From: an uncultured Verrucomicrobiota bacterium
GTDB lineage: Bacteria; Verrucomicrobiota; Kiritimatiellia; CAIQIC01; Lenti-01
Direction: 5' to 3'
DNA: 64,000 nt
Assembly (NCBI GenBank): GCA_937860055.1
Contig: CALMBO010000002.1
Span: 4,594-68,593 of the forward strand
Under the pieces are notes generated by a model that saw only the letters and a list, made by a program, of their open reading frames with translations, was not told the origin of the DNA and did no database searches. How positions within the stretch are numbered: the stretch's first letter is position 1; every line of letters begins with the position of its first letter. Positions 24,900 through 38,927 of this stretch are shown one piece after another. A program made the translations under genes and the position numbers.

Positions 24900-25533
24900 G
24901 GTATTCCTCCCGCCGGTTGTCGTTGCGGTGCCGTTCGGCCAGGATGATCGCCCGCATGTTGTCGTAGGCCTCGGCCAGGTCGTCGTTCACCACCATGTAC
25001 TTGTACTCCTTCCAGTGGGAGATCTCCTCGCGCGCCTGCCGCATGCGCTTCTCGATGACCTCCAGGGCGTCGGTCCCGCGCGCCACCAGCCGGTTGCGCA
25101 GCACCTCCGCCGACGGCGGCACCACGAAGATGTCCACCAGCGTCCGCTTCAGCGGATCGCCCGCCGGCGCCTCCCGGATGCATCGGCGCACCGCCGCCGC
25201 CCCCTGCACGTCCAGGTTCATCAGGACGTCGCAGCCGTCCTCCAGCGCCGCCACCACCGGCCCCTTGGGCGAGCCGTAGCGGTTCCCGTGCACCACCGCG
25301 CTCTCGATGAACCCGCCCTTCGCCAGCTTCGCCTCGAAGTCCGCCATCGTCATGAAATAGTAGCTCTTGCCGTCCACCTCGTCCCCGCGCGGCGAACGCG
25401 TCGTCGCCGTGATGGCGTAGTGGATGTCCTTGAACTCCTTCTGCAGTTTGTCGCACAGCGTCGTCTTGCCCGCGCCCGACGGCGCCGACACCACGAAAAC
25501 GATGTTGTTCCAGCTCGGCTTTCTTCCGTTCAT
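24892..25533 (-). CDS. gmk: guanylate kinase
   Basis: VSAPSGAGKTTL (P-loop), TTRSPRGDEVDGKSYYF. ATG at 25533. Confidence 0.9.
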   Translation of the reverse strand: MNGRKPSWNNIVFVVSAPSGAGKTTLCDKLQKEFKDIHYAITATTRSPRGDEVDGKSYYFMTMADFEAKLAKGGFIESAVVHGNRYGSPKGPVVAALEDGCDVLMNLDVQGAAAVRRCIREAPAGDPLKRTLVDIFVVPPSAEVLRNRLVARGTDALEVIEKRMRQAREEISHWKEYKYMVVNDDLAEAYDNMRAIILAERHRNDNRREEYHA

Positions 25534-25547
25534 GTCTCCTCCCTCTC

Positions 25548-26435
25548 CTATTCGACGTTCTGCACCTGCTCCCGGAAGCGCTCCAGCTCCGCCTTGCCCG
25601 CGACGACCCGGCGCGTGATCTCCCCGTCGTTCGCCTTCGAACCGATCGTGTTGATTTCGCGCCCCATTTCCTGCACCAGGAAATCCAGGGCGCGGCCGGT
25701 CACGCCGCCCGCCTTCAGCAGGCCGGCCGCCTGCGCCAGATGGCTCTCCAGCCGCACCCGCTCCTCGGTGATGTCCGCCTTGTCCGCGAACAGCGCGACC
25801 TCCTTCAGCAACCGCTCGTCCGCCGCCCAATCCGTCCCCGGCAGCGCATCCCCGATGCGCTTCAGCAGGTTCGCGCGGTAGGCGGCGGCGACGCCCGGCG
25901 CCCGGCCGCCGATCTCGCCCGCCAGCCGCCCCAGCGTCTTCAGCCGCCCCTGCAGGTCGCGGGCCAGCGCCGCCCCTTCCTTCCTCCGCATCGCCTCCAG
26001 CCGGGCCAGCGCCGCATCCAGCGCCTTCTCCACCAGCGGCCACAGCGCCTCGAGGTCCTTTTCGCCATGCTCGAACACCACCACCCCCGGCAGCGCCAGC
26101 AGCGCCGAGGCCTTCAGGTCGTCCGGCAGGCCCAGCTTCTTCGCCGCGGCCCGCAGGGCCGACACGTTCGCCTGCGCCAGCCCCATGTCCACCCGCGCGC
26201 CCGACGCCTGCGCCGCCGCCGCCCACGTCACGCGGATCTCCCCCGTCACCCGCCCCCGCGAAAGCCGCCCCTGGATGCGCTCCTGCACGCGCGACTCGAA
26301 CGACGCCAGGAAACGGGGCAATCCGACATCCACGTCGAGCTGCTTGCGGTTCACGCTGCTCAGCTCCACCTCGACGCGCGCCAGGCGCCCCGCGGCCGTT
26401 CCCGTCCCCCGGCCTGTCATGCTCATCAAACTCAT
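25548..26435 (-). CDS. yicC: YicC/YloC family stress-induced protein
   Basis: MSLMSMTGRG.., the central helical region and the C-terminal EMGREINTIGSKAND..ELERFREQVQNVE. The start is one of three close Met codons (26435, 26426 or 26420). Confidence 0.85.
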   Translation of the reverse strand: MSLMSMTGRGTGTAAGRLARVEVELSSVNRKQLDVDVGLPRFLASFESRVQERIQGRLSRGRVTGEIRVTWAAAAQASGARVDMGLAQANVSALRAAAKKLGLPDDLKASALLALPGVVVFEHGEKDLEALWPLVEKALDAALARLEAMRRKEGAALARDLQGRLKTLGRLAGEIGGRAPGVAAAYRANLLKRIGDALPGTDWAADERLLKEVALFADKADITEERVRLESHLAQAAGLLKAGGVTGRALDFLVQEMGREINTIGSKANDGEITRRVVAGKAELERFREQVQNVE

Positions 26436-26517
26436 GGATGTTCCGTTCCTTGTCCGCCGTCCGGACGATTCCAGCCGCATCCTACGCCCGGCGGCGCCGC
26501 GCCGTCAACGCGTCCCG

Positions 26518-27360
26518 CTACGTCTCGTCCTTCTCCGGGCCCTTCTTTTTCGCCGGCTCTTCCGCCGGCTCCGCGACCTCGTCGGACACGATGGCGTCCC
26601 ACGCCTGCTTGTATTGCTCCGCCATGTCCGCCGATTCCACCCAGAGCAGGTTCTCCCAGTTCGACACCTGCGCCACCGTGGTGAAGTTGTAGCTCCCCGC
26701 CACCACCCAGCGCATGTCGAAAACCATGAACTTGTTGTGCATCGCCGAGTATTCCCCCGCCGTGTGGATCAGCGTCACGGGGACCCCTTCCTCGCGCAGA
26801 AACCCGATGAGCTTCTGCGCGCCGGCGAACTCGGCCTGGTTCGCATCCATCTTCACCTCGACGCGCACGCCGCGCCGGTGCGCCCGCACCAGCGCCGCCG
26901 CGATCCGCGTCCGCGTGAACGCATAGGCTGCCACCCAGATGCTCTCCCGGCTCTTCTCGATGCCCTCCAGCACCACCCCTTCGCATTCCTCGTTGAACGC
27001 GCACAGGGCATTGACCTGCGTCTGGACCGGAATGGGCGAATCGAAGACCTCCTGCCGCGACTTCCCGTACTGCCGCTCGTAGCGCTGGCGGATCCTCGTC
27101 CCGTAGAACGACCCCTTCGATTCCGCCGCCTTGAACTCGCCCCAGACCTCCAGCGGCACCTCGAAATAGCGAACCGCCACCGGATCGTCCCCCAGCCGCA
27201 CCGTCAGCGTCCCGTCCGCCGCCCCTTCCTCGTATTCGAAGGAGATGTCGTGCACCCAGTCGCTGTCCGTCCCCATCCGCTCCTGCACCGGGGCCGCCAG
27301 CGCCGCCACCGCGAAACCGGCGCCCAGCGCCGCCCAGACCCATCCTCGCCTTGCCATCAT
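26518..27360 (-). CDS. secreted KTSC-domain + single-HKD phospholipase D/Nuc-like protein
   Basis: Signal peptide MMARRGWVWAALGAGFAVAALAAP. KTSC-like VRYFEVPLEVWGEFKAAESKGSFYGTRIRQRY. HKD motif AMHNKFMVFD. Confidence 0.75.
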   Translation of the reverse strand: MMARRGWVWAALGAGFAVAALAAPVQERMGTDSDWVHDISFEYEEGAADGTLTVRLGDDPVAVRYFEVPLEVWGEFKAAESKGSFYGTRIRQRYERQYGKSRQEVFDSPIPVQTQVNALCAFNEECEGVVLEGIEKSRESIWVAAYAFTRTRIAAALVRAHRRGVRVEVKMDANQAEFAGAQKLIGFLREEGVPVTLIHTAGEYSAMHNKFMVFDMRWVVAGSYNFTTVAQVSNWENLLWVESADMAEQYKQAWDAIVSDEVAEPAEEPAKKKGPEKDET

Positions 27361-27474
27361 GTTCCGTGCTCCTTGGGTTGTCGGGAAGCAAGGATAGGCC
27401 ATCGCCCGGCCCGATTCAATCCGGAGTTTGCCCTTTGCATCCCTCCGTCCCATCGGCTATCTTTCCCGCATCCC

Positions 27475-28446
27475 ATGCACGAACCTGTCCAGAAACTGAA
27501 AGGCTGGTGGAGCGGATTCCGCTGGTCGACCCTTCCGGCCTCCGCGCAGCTGGAGATCGGCTTCTGGGCCGTGGTGGCGGGCGGCCTGTTCTTCCTGTTC
27601 CACCTGCACGGCAACAACCAGGAAGTCGCCACGTGCCGCCATTCGCTGTTCCTCTGGCTCCGCAGCCGCTGGGTCGGCGACTACGCCTATGGCATGCTCC
27701 TGCCGCTGGCGAGCCTGGCGGCCCTCTGGATGCGCCGCCGGGAGATCGCCGCCGAACCCCGCCGGACGGATGTCCGCGGCATCCCCGTCGTGGTCCTCGG
27801 ACTCGCCCTGCACTGGGTGGGCGTCCTGGCCCAGCAGCCCCGGATCTCCGTGGCCGGTTTGATCTTCCTGCTCTGGGGCCTTCCCTTCCTCCTGTACGGA
27901 TTCGGGCTGGCCCGCTGGCTCCTGTTCCCCTGCGGCTACCTCTTCCTCGCCATCCCGCTCAATTTCATCGACAGCATGACCGCCCCCCTCCGCCTCTTCG
28001 CCACGTCCGTCTCCGCCGCCCTCCTCAACGGCTTCGGCCTGCACGTCCAGCGCATCGGCTCCGGCATCTTCTCCACCGCCCAGAACTCGTTCGCCTTCAA
28101 TGTCGCGCCGGAATGCAGCGGCCTCCGCTCGCTCCTCGCCATGACCGCGCTGATGGCCTTCTACGCCTGGTACAGCCAGAAGACCCCCGCCCGGAAATGG
28201 ATCCTCTTTCTCTTCTGCATCCCCGTGGCCGTCGTCGCCAACATCTGCCGCATCATCCTCGTCGTGGCCGTCGCCGCCTTCTTCGGGCAGGAAACCGCCA
28301 TGGGCCTTTGGCACGACTACTCCGGCTACCCCATCTTCCTCATCAGCGTCTTCCTGATGCTCGCCCTCGACCGCCTCCTCAACATGGACTACCGAACCGC
28401 ATGGACCAAACTCAAACAACTGCTCTTGGCGCCCGCCTCTTCGTGA
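27475..28446 (+). CDS. exosortase family protein
   Basis: Polytopic membrane protein with [13 protein letters not shown] (catalytic Cys block), [10 protein letters not shown] (Arg block) and WHDYSGY. ATG at 27475. Confidence 0.8.
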   Translation: MHEPVQKLKGWWSGFRWSTLPASAQLEIGFWAVVAGGLFFLFHLHGNNQEVATCRHSLFLWLRSRWVGDYAYGMLLPLASLAALWMRRREIAAEPRRTDVRGIPVVVLGLALHWVGVLAQQPRISVAGLIFLLWGLPFLLYGFGLARWLLFPCGYLFLAIPLNFIDSMTAPLRLFATSVSAALLNGFGLHVQRIGSGIFSTAQNSFAFNVAPECSGLRSLLAMTALMAFYAWYSQKTPARKWILFLFCIPVAVVANICRIILVVAVAAFFGQETAMGLWHDYSGYPIFLISVFLMLALDRLLNMDYRTAWTKLKQLLLAPASS

Positions 28447-29171
28447 TCGCCGCCCTGGCGGCCGCCGCCTGGGCCCTCGTCTTCAAGACCGGCGTGGCCA
28501 ACACCGACGAGGCCGGCATCGTGCTGCACCTGCCCGAACAGGTGGCCGACTGGAGCGGCGTGGACCTCCTCTTCTGCCCCAACCGCGAATGCGGCGCCCA
28601 ATATGCCGCCACCGAGGTCGAGGGCCGGGCCGCCTGCCCCCGGTGCGGCGCCCCCCTCGGCAACATGAACTGGGCCGAACGCTCCATGCTCCCCGCCGAC
28701 ACGGGCCTCGTCCGCAAATACTATGTCCGCCCCGGCGGCCGCGACGCCCTCAACGCCACCATCGTCCTCAGCGGCGACGACCGCTCCAGCATCCACCGTC
28801 CCCAGGTCTGCATGACCGCCGCCGGCAACGAGATCGCCGACGAACGCACCATCCGCATCCCCCTCGCCGGGCGCGACGCCCCCCTCGACGTGAGGGTCCT
28901 GGACATGGCCCGCCCCTACAAGCGCCCCGACGGCACCTCCGCCACCGCCTATTCCTATTACGCCTACTGGTTCGTGGGCAAGGACCGCGAAACCGCCTCT
29001 CACATCGTCCGCATGGCCTGGATGGGCTACGACCGGATCTTCCACGGCGTCTCCCACCGCTGGGCCTACATCGCCATCGCCGGCACCCGCTCCCCCGGCT
29101 CCGGCGCCCACCTCCAGACCATCGCAGACTTCGCCAGCCAGCTTCATCCCGCCTTGCTCAAACCCGAATAG
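28401..29171 (+). CDS. EpsI-family exosortase-associated protein with inserted zinc ribbon
   Basis: N-terminal TM helix ([16 protein letters not shown]), WSG, CPNRECG..CPRCG, and [15 protein letters not shown] (EpsI-like H-P-x-x-C block). The start is uncertain: ATG 28401, TTG 28425 or GTG 28443 (GTGA overlap). Confidence 0.6.
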   Translation: MDQTQTTALGARLFVIAALAAAAWALVFKTGVANTDEAGIVLHLPEQVADWSGVDLLFCPNRECGAQYAATEVEGRAACPRCGAPLGNMNWAERSMLPADTGLVRKYYVRPGGRDALNATIVLSGDDRSSIHRPQVCMTAAGNEIADERTIRIPLAGRDAPLDVRVLDMARPYKRPDGTSATAYSYYAYWFVGKDRETASHIVRMAWMGYDRIFHGVSHRWAYIAIAGTRSPGSGAHLQTIADFASQLHPALLKPE

Positions 29172-29190
29172 TGTGGCATCCTTCCCTCCC

Positions 29191-30156
<966 letters not shown>

Positions 30157-30170
30157 CGAAAGGATCCGCC

Positions 30171-30722
30171 ATGCATCTGCGCTACATCAACAAGCTCGGC
30201 ATCCCGAAAGACATCGAACTTACCGGCGAGCCCCTCTCCATCGGCCGCTCCCGGGAAGCCGACATCCCCCTCCTTGACGACAAGGTGTCCCGCGTCCACT
30301 GCGGCATCCGCCTTTCCGAGGGCCAGTTCTACCTCAAGGACCTCAAGGCCCGCAACGGCACCTTCGTCAACGGCGTGCGCGTCGAAGACACCGTCAAGAT
30401 CAAGGCCGGCGACCGCATCCAGATCGGCTCCACCATCTTCGTCCTCGAATCCGCCTCCACGCAGGAAGACGCCGCCCGCGGCATCGGCGCCGTGCAAAAC
30501 TCCATGGACGACGGCAAGGGCTACAGCACCATCCTCAAGGAAATCGTCGAGGACATCGTCCCCACCGAAGCCACCTCCAAGCCCGCCCAGCCCCCGCCGG
30601 CGGAGAAGCCGGCCGGACGTCCCGCCATCAAGGTCCCCGCCCACGCCAAGCTTGATGCCCCCGCCCCTTCGGCGGAGGAGAAGCCCGCCCCCGGCAAGAT
30701 CAAGATCACGATCAAGAAGTAG
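30171..30722 (+). CDS. FHA domain protein with Pro/Ala/Lys-rich tail
   Basis: LSIGRSREADIPLLDDKVSRVHCGI..LKARNGTFVNG is the FHA core. Confidence 0.8.
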   Translation: MHLRYINKLGIPKDIELTGEPLSIGRSREADIPLLDDKVSRVHCGIRLSEGQFYLKDLKARNGTFVNGVRVEDTVKIKAGDRIQIGSTIFVLESASTQEDAARGIGAVQNSMDDGKGYSTILKEIVEDIVPTEATSKPAQPPPAEKPAGRPAIKVPAHAKLDAPAPSAEEKPAPGKIKITIKK

Positions 30723-30770
30723 GCGCCCCGCGGCCCCGCCGCGGCCGACGGCGGCAAATCGGAATCGGTC

Positions 30771-33431
<2,661 letters not shown>

Positions 33432-33444
33432 GGCGGCGCTTCCG

Positions 33445-34962
33445 TCATCCCGCCTGGAAGGAGGCCTTGAACTGGGACAGCAGCTGGTCGAGCTCCGCCT
33501 TCAGGTCGGTGGTCAAGTCGCCGCGCTTCGCCAGCTTCTCGCGGAAGGCGGCGTGCGGCCCCTCCAGCGCCCGGTAGAGCTGTCTCTCGAATTCGCCGAC
33601 CCGGCCCACCGGAAGGTCGTCGCACAGCCCCGCGCTGCACGCATATAGGAACACAACCTGCTGGACGACGGGAATCGGCCGCTGCGGCCCCTGCTTGAAC
33701 GCCTCCATCAGGCGCTTGCCGCGCTCCAGCTGGGCCAGCGTCGCCTTGTCGAGGTCCCCCGCGAACTGCGAGAACGCCGCCATCTCCCGGTACTGCGCCA
33801 GCGTCAACCGCAGGGTGCCGGCCACCTTCTTCATCGCCTTGATCTGCGCGTCGCCGCCCACGCGGGACACCGAAATGCCCGGGTTGATCGCCGGGCGCTG
33901 CCCGGCGTTGAACGCGCCGGCCTCCAGGAAGATCTGCCCGTCCGTGATGGAAATCACGTTGGTGGGAATGTAGGCCGAGATGTCGTTGGCCTGCGTCTCC
34001 ACGATGGGCAGCGCCGTGAGGCTCCCGCCGCCGCGCGCCGGCCCGAGTTTCGCCGCCCGCTCCAGCAGGCGGCTGTGCAGATAGAAGATGTCGCCCGGAA
34101 ACGCCTCGCGCCCCGGCGGCCGCCGCAGCAGCAGCGAAAGCTGGCGGTAGGCCTGCGCCTGCTTGGTCAGGTCGTCGTAGACGATCAGCGCATGCCCGCC
34201 CTTGTCGCGCCAGTATTCGGCCATCGCGCACCCCGTGTAGGGGGCGAGGTATTGCAGCGGCGCCGGATCCGAGGCCGTCGCCGCCACGATGGTCGTGTAG
34301 GCCAGCGCCCCGTGCTGGCGCAGCCGTTCCACCACCTGCGTCACCGTCGAGCGCTTCTGGCCGATCGCCACGTAGAAGCACATCACGCCCTGGCCGGCCT
34401 GGTGGATGATCGCGTCGATCCCCAGCGTCGTCTTGCCCGTCTTCCGGTCGCCGATGATCAGCTCGCGCTGGCCCCGGCCGATCGGCGTCAGCGCGTCGAT
34501 CACCTTGATGCCCGTCTGCAGCGGCTCCCGCACCTTCTGGCGGTCGAGGATCCCCGGCGCCGGCGTCTCGATGGGCCGCATCTCCATGTTCTCCAGCGCC
34601 GGGCCGCCGTCGATGGGCGCGCCCAGCGCGTCCACGATGCGCCCCGCCAGCGCCGGGCCGGCGGGTACCGACGCGATGAGCTTCGTCCGCCGCACGGGAT
34701 CCCCCTCCCGGATTCGCGAGGAATCGCCCATGATGGCCACGCCCACGCTCTGCTCCTCGAGGTTGAGCGCAATGCCCCGGATGCCGCCCGGGAATTCGAC
34801 CAGCTCGCCGGCCATCACGTTCTTCAGGCCGTAGATGCGCGCGATGCCGTCGCCCGCGCTCAGCACCGCGCCGCTCTCGTAGACGTCGGACGAGACGTCG
34901 AAGTTCTCGATCTGCCGCTTGAGGATCGCGGATATTTCTTCGGATTTCAGTTCCACCGCCAT
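33445..34962 (-). CDS. atpA: F1 ATP synthase subunit alpha
   Basis: [10 protein letters not shown] (P-loop). ATG at 34962 ([11 protein letters not shown]). The track start at 35034 is an upstream extension. Confidence 0.97.
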   Translation of the reverse strand: MAVELKSEEISAILKRQIENFDVSSDVYESGAVLSAGDGIARIYGLKNVMAGELVEFPGGIRGIALNLEEQSVGVAIMGDSSRIREGDPVRRTKLIASVPAGPALAGRIVDALGAPIDGGPALENMEMRPIETPAPGILDRQKVREPLQTGIKVIDALTPIGRGQRELIIGDRKTGKTTLGIDAIIHQAGQGVMCFYVAIGQKRSTVTQVVERLRQHGALAYTTIVAATASDPAPLQYLAPYTGCAMAEYWRDKGGHALIVYDDLTKQAQAYRQLSLLLRRPPGREAFPGDIFYLHSRLLERAAKLGPARGGGSLTALPIVETQANDISAYIPTNVISITDGQIFLEAGAFNAGQRPAINPGISVSRVGGDAQIKAMKKVAGTLRLTLAQYREMAAFSQFAGDLDKATLAQLERGKRLMEAFKQGPQRPIPVVQQVVFLYACSAGLCDDLPVGRVGEFERQLYRALEGPHAAFREKLAKRGDLTTDLKAELDQLLSQFKASFQAG

Positions 34963-34975
34963 AGGGTCCGCTCCT

Positions 34976-35527
34976 TCACGCCTCCGCGAACCGGCGGCGC
35001 AGCCGCGCCAACCGGCTGGAAACACTGTAATCATGAACCTGCTCGCCGATCCGGGCCACGAAGCCCCCGAGGATCGCCGGATCTTCCTTGTACGAAATCT
35101 CCATCTTCCGCCCTTCGCCCGCCCCCCCGAAGCGACGCGCCAACTCGGCCTTCTGCCCCTCCGTCAGCGGACGCGCCGAAACAATCTCCGCGCGGACGCG
35201 CCCCTCGCGTTCGCCTCCCAGCCGCTCGACCTCGTCGAGGATGGCCTCCAGAAGCCCCATGTCCTGCGCCGCCTCGATGCAGGCCAGGAATTCCACCGTG
35301 ATCCGCCCCAGGCCTCCCGCGCGCGCCAGGTCCAGCAGCGCCTGCCGGCGGGCGTCCCTTCCGCCCAGGCGGCCGCACGCCGCGAACACATGGAACGCCG
35401 GCGCCTCGCCGAGCCAGCGCCTCACCTGCGCCAGGTCGGCGCGGACGGCATCCGCAGCGCCCGCCTGCCCCGCCACGTCGAGCAGGGCCTTGGCATAGCG
35501 ACGGACGGTCTGGAGCGAACGGCTCAC
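34976..35527 (-). CDS. atpH: F1 ATP synthase subunit delta (OSCP)
   Basis: (V)[18 protein letters not shown].. and [25 protein letters not shown] at 35527 overlaps the atpF stop. Confidence 0.85.
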   Translation of the reverse strand: MSRSLQTVRRYAKALLDVAGQAGAADAVRADLAQVRRWLGEAPAFHVFAACGRLGGRDARRQALLDLARAGGLGRITVEFLACIEAAQDMGLLEAILDEVERLGGEREGRVRAEIVSARPLTEGQKAELARRFGGAGEGRKMEISYKEDPAILGGFVARIGEQVHDYSVSSRLARLRRRFAEA

Positions 35528-36102
35528 CCGATCTCCCGGATCAGCCGGTCGGTCAGCTCGCGGTCCGCCTCCGCATCCAGCTTCTTCCCGAGGACCCGGC
35601 CGGCCAGGTCCAGCGCCAGGCCGGACGCCTCGCGCCGCAGCTCCGCCACCGCCTTCTCCTTGGCGCGGCCGATCTCTTCCGCGGCGGCGCGAACCCGGTT
35701 CTCCGCCTCCGCGCGCGATTGCTCCTCCGCCGCCTGGGCCGCCGCCTCGGCGGCCGACCGGGCGCGCTCGACGATGGCCGCCGCTTCGCGCCGCGCCTCC
35801 TCGAGCATCATCCGCTGCGCCTCCCGGTCCATCGCCGCCTGCGCCTGGATGTCCGCCGCCTCCTTCAGGCTCTGGCGGATCTTGTCCTCGCGCCGGTCCA
35901 GCGCCTGGAGGATCGGTTTCCACGCCAGCTTGTACAGCGCGAAGCACGCGATGAGGAACGCCAGCCACGTCAGCGTCACCATGGTGTCGGAGACCTTCAG
36001 GACGTTGCCCACCTCGTTGCGGGGCGGCATCGATGCCACCGCGGCCTCCACGGGAGGGGATGCCTCCTCCGGAACCAGGGATGTCGTTTCGGTTTCGTTC
36101 AT
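35524..36102 (-). CDS. atpF: Fo ATP synthase subunit b
   Basis: A single TM helix (LTWLAFLIACFALYKLAW) followed by a long charged helix. The N-terminal extension makes the start uncertain. Confidence 0.85.
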   Translation of the reverse strand: MNETETTSLVPEEASPPVEAAVASMPPRNEVGNVLKVSDTMVTLTWLAFLIACFALYKLAWKPILQALDRREDKIRQSLKEAADIQAQAAMDREAQRMMLEEARREAAAIVERARSAAEAAAQAAEEQSRAEAENRVRAAAEEIGRAKEKAVAELRREASGLALDLAGRVLGKKLDAEADRELTDRLIREIG

Positions 36103-36130
36103 GCGAAAGGCCCCTCCGGGCCCGCCTTCC

Positions 36131-36340
36131 CTACATCTGCAGGAAGCAGATCACCAGGCCGAACAGCGCGATGCCTTCGACCAGGGCCGCCCCGATGAAC
36201 ATCGACGTCTGGATCTTCGCCGACATCTCCGGCTGCCGGGAAATGCCCTGGAGCCCGGACGACCAGACCAGGCCGATGCCAATGCCGGCCCCGATGGCCA
36301 CCAATCCCGCGCCTACGCTGGCGAGCGCTAAACTTGTCAT
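36131..36340 (-). CDS. atpE: Fo ATP synthase subunit c
   Basis: 69-aa hairpin with ISRQPE and the ion-binding E in LVEGIALFGLV. Confidence 0.95.
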   Translation of the reverse strand: MTSLALASVGAGLVAIGAGIGIGLVWSSGLQGISRQPEMSAKIQTSMFIGAALVEGIALFGLVICFLQM

Positions 36341-36386
36341 GTCTGTACTCCTCGTCTTTCGTTCGTTTTAAACCGGTTTCCGGATC

Positions 36387-37214
36387 TCAATGCCCCTCGT
36401 AGACCATCTGGCTGATGAAGATCGCCGACAGCAGCGAAAAGATATAGGCCTGCAACAGGGACATGAAAATCTCGAAGAAATAGATGCCCACCACGATGAA
36501 GATGGCCGGGGCCGCCAACCAGCCAAACAAGACGATCATGCTCAGCAGGGCGAAAATCAGAATGTGCCCCGCCAGCACGTTGGCAAACAGCCGGATGGCC
36601 AGCGCGAACACCCGCGAGAGGAAACTGATGACCTCGACCGGGACCAGGATGGCCAGCAGGATCTTGGGCGCGCCGCCCGGAACGAAATTCCTCAGGAACC
36701 CCGCCACCCCTTTCTTCCAGATGGCCCCCCCCACCATGAAGGCGCCGGTCACCAGCGCCAAGGCGCCGGTCACGTTGATGTTGCTCGTCGCCGCGCTGAA
36801 CAGCGGGCACAGGCCCAGCAGGTTCAGGGTCAGGATCAGGAAGAAAAACGAGCAGAAAACCGGGGCGATCCGCCGCGCATCGTCTTCCTGGAAATACGGC
36901 CGGACAATCTGGTCGCGGACAAATACAACAAATAGTTCCAGCAGGTTGCTCCAGCCGTGGGGAACCTCGTCGCCGCGGCGGTAGAGAAACCCGAAGAGCC
37001 CCACCAGAAGAAGCAAGGCCAGGACCAGCATGACTTCGTCGTGCCGGAACACGTCGAGGGCAGGAATCCGGATGAACGGCAGGTTCCACACGCTGGGATT
37101 GCCGTCCGCCACATGGAAAAGCACATGGTGCTGGATATAGTCGTGCACCAGCGTCTTGCGCTCGACGGCCTCGGCGGCGGCGACAACGGTGTTGGTGGCG
37201 GCAAGGGGATCCAT
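36387..37214 (-). CDS. atpB: Fo ATP synthase subunit a
   Basis: FALAIRLFANVLAGH (essential Arg) and LQAYIFSLLS. Confidence 0.95.
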   Translation of the reverse strand: MDPLAATNTVVAAAEAVERKTLVHDYIQHHVLFHVADGNPSVWNLPFIRIPALDVFRHDEVMLVLALLLLVGLFGFLYRRGDEVPHGWSNLLELFVVFVRDQIVRPYFQEDDARRIAPVFCSFFFLILTLNLLGLCPLFSAATSNINVTGALALVTGAFMVGGAIWKKGVAGFLRNFVPGGAPKILLAILVPVEVISFLSRVFALAIRLFANVLAGHILIFALLSMIVLFGWLAAPAIFIVVGIYFFEIFMSLLQAYIFSLLSAIFISQMVYEGH

Positions 37215-37229
37215 GGCCAGGCCCGCGAA

Positions 37230-37457
37230 CTAGTTCGCGCCCCCTTTGGATTCTCCGCTTCGCAACACCTTGCGGATTTCGTAGAAAACCGCCGCCATCC
37301 CCGCCACCCATCCCGCCAGCACGCCGGCGACCGGCGAGCCGAACCACCGCCCCGCGCCGTAGCCAAGGCCGATGTAGACCGCCAAGAGGACCGGTATCGA
37401 CCAAGCCAGGCCGATCGCCCGCTGTCCGCCGGACGACGATGGAATACTATCCTTCAC
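37230..37457 (-). CDS. AtpZ/AtpI-like small membrane protein
   Basis: 75 aa with two TM helices, positioned first in the atp operon. GTG start. Confidence 0.65.
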   Translation of the reverse strand: MKDSIPSSSGGQRAIGLAWSIPVLLAVYIGLGYGAGRWFGSPVAGVLAGWVAGMAAVFYEIRKVLRSGESKGGAN

Positions 37458-37644
37458 GTCATTGAACCGTTTTGGCGCATTGTGGACTCCCCCCCCCGCT
37501 TTTCAAGGCAAATTCGGCGCCCCTCCTCCCTCGCCATCGACATCCGCTTCGCTTCTCTCCCATGCGGGAAGGCACCCCAGACTGCTCATTTTTGGCACAG
37601 GAAGAGGCCTTCATGGGATTTCCGGTCCGGAGGGATGCCTCGAA

Positions 37645-37674
37645 TAAAAACGGCCCGCCGGATTCCGGCGGGCC
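37645..37674 (-). terminator. intrinsic terminator separating the four-gene membrane operon from the atp operon
   Basis: GGCCCGCCGG-ATT-CCGGCGGGCC is a 10-bp GC stem. On the minus strand it is followed by GTTTTTATTCG. It lies 19 nt downstream of the stop at 37693. Confidence 0.75.
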
Positions 37675-37692
37675 GCGCAGGAAAGAAAGCCT

Positions 37693-38913
37693 CTACAGGT
37701 CGCCGCCGCCGCCGCCAAAGTCCTCGACGCCTTCGTCCTCCTCGCCGAAGTTGATCATTCGCTTGGCGAAGTAGAGCTTGCGGTGGACGAGGGCGATCAG
37801 ATAGGCCGCCAGCAGCGGAATGGCCACCACCACGGTCGCATAGTTCAGCAGCGACACCAGATAGTAGAGGGGATCGCCAAAATCCCCCGCGATCCGCGCC
37901 GCCCACGGCATCGTGAACACCGCTTTCGGCCCGTAGGCATTGATGTTCCACAGGATGATCGTCGCGGAAATGTAGTTGACCATCTGGTTGCCGAAGGCCG
38001 AGGACGAGGTGCTCCACTTGAACCCCAGCGAACGCCAATGGGTCCACGGCGGATAGAGGTTCGACCCCAGATGTCCCAGCTGGTCCACGAAGACATGGCT
38101 CCAGAACGCCAGCGGCCCGATGAACAGGGCAGCGATGGCAAACGGATTCAGGAACCCCAGGCCGGACAGCAGGCCGGACAGCCCGAACAGCAAAAGCCCC
38201 AGCGGCCCCAGCAGCAGCCCGAGGGTGATGCTGTGCGACCAGTGGCGGTGCCACGGGATGAAGTCGATGCGCACCCGGCCGTCCTCCTGCTTGGCGAACT
38301 GCCAGTCGGGGCCGGAGAAGATGCCGATTTCGGTGTCGGCGTAGTAGGTGTTGTTGACGTCCGCCTTGAACTTGGCGACGTGCGCGATCTCCGGCTCCGG
38401 AATGGTCCCCGGCAGGCTCGCCGATTTCTGCGCGATGTCGCGCAGGACCGGGATGGGCCCCTTTTCCGCGATGGAGCGGTAGCGCGCGGCGTCGCTGGGC
38501 AGGGTTTCGCCCCGGGCCATGACGTGGCTCATGGTCTTCAGCGGGCCGACGTAGGTGGTGACCTCCTTGCGCTCGCCGTCGATCTGGACCGTGACCGTCC
38601 GGTAGTAGTTGGTCGAGACGCGCATCACGTTGAGCTTCACGCGCACCGGCTTGCCCGTCTCGGCCGCCTCGTCGATCGCCTTGGCCACGGTCTCCGCCGC
38701 CAGCTTGGCGTCGAGGTTGTCCTCCGTCAGGTTCACGATGTGGTCGAACTTCCAGAAATAGCGCGCGAACTTGAAGTCCAGCGTGTCGGGCAGGATGCCG
38801 CAGAAACCGCCGTAGAGCATCAGGAACGACTTGTCCGCGAAGGCCGTCTGGATGGCCAGCGGAAAGCAGGACGCCGTGGCGACGCCGGTCAGGAAATGTG
38901 TAATGCCTTTCAT
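37693..38913 (-). CDS. DUF457/YdjM-like membrane-embedded metal-dependent hydrolase with about 180-aa soluble insertion
   Basis: N-terminus MKGITHFLTGVATA..ILPDTLD and a distal HRHWSHS..SHVFVDQLGHLG. Both are His/Asp blocks typical of DUF457, and they are separated by a non-hydrophobic segment. Acidic Gly-rich tail. Confidence 0.6.
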   Translation of the reverse strand: MKGITHFLTGVATASCFPLAIQTAFADKSFLMLYGGFCGILPDTLDFKFARYFWKFDHIVNLTEDNLDAKLAAETVAKAIDEAAETGKPVRVKLNVMRVSTNYYRTVTVQIDGERKEVTTYVGPLKTMSHVMARGETLPSDAARYRSIAEKGPIPVLRDIAQKSASLPGTIPEPEIAHVAKFKADVNNTYYADTEIGIFSGPDWQFAKQEDGRVRIDFIPWHRHWSHSITLGLLLGPLGLLLFGLSGLLSGLGFLNPFAIAALFIGPLAFWSHVFVDQLGHLGSNLYPPWTHWRSLGFKWSTSSSAFGNQMVNYISATIILWNINAYGPKAVFTMPWAARIAGDFGDPLYYLVSLLNYATVVVAIPLLAAYLIALVHRKLYFAKRMINFGEEDEGVEDFGGGGGDL

Positions 38914-38927
38914 GTTCTACTCCCGGG

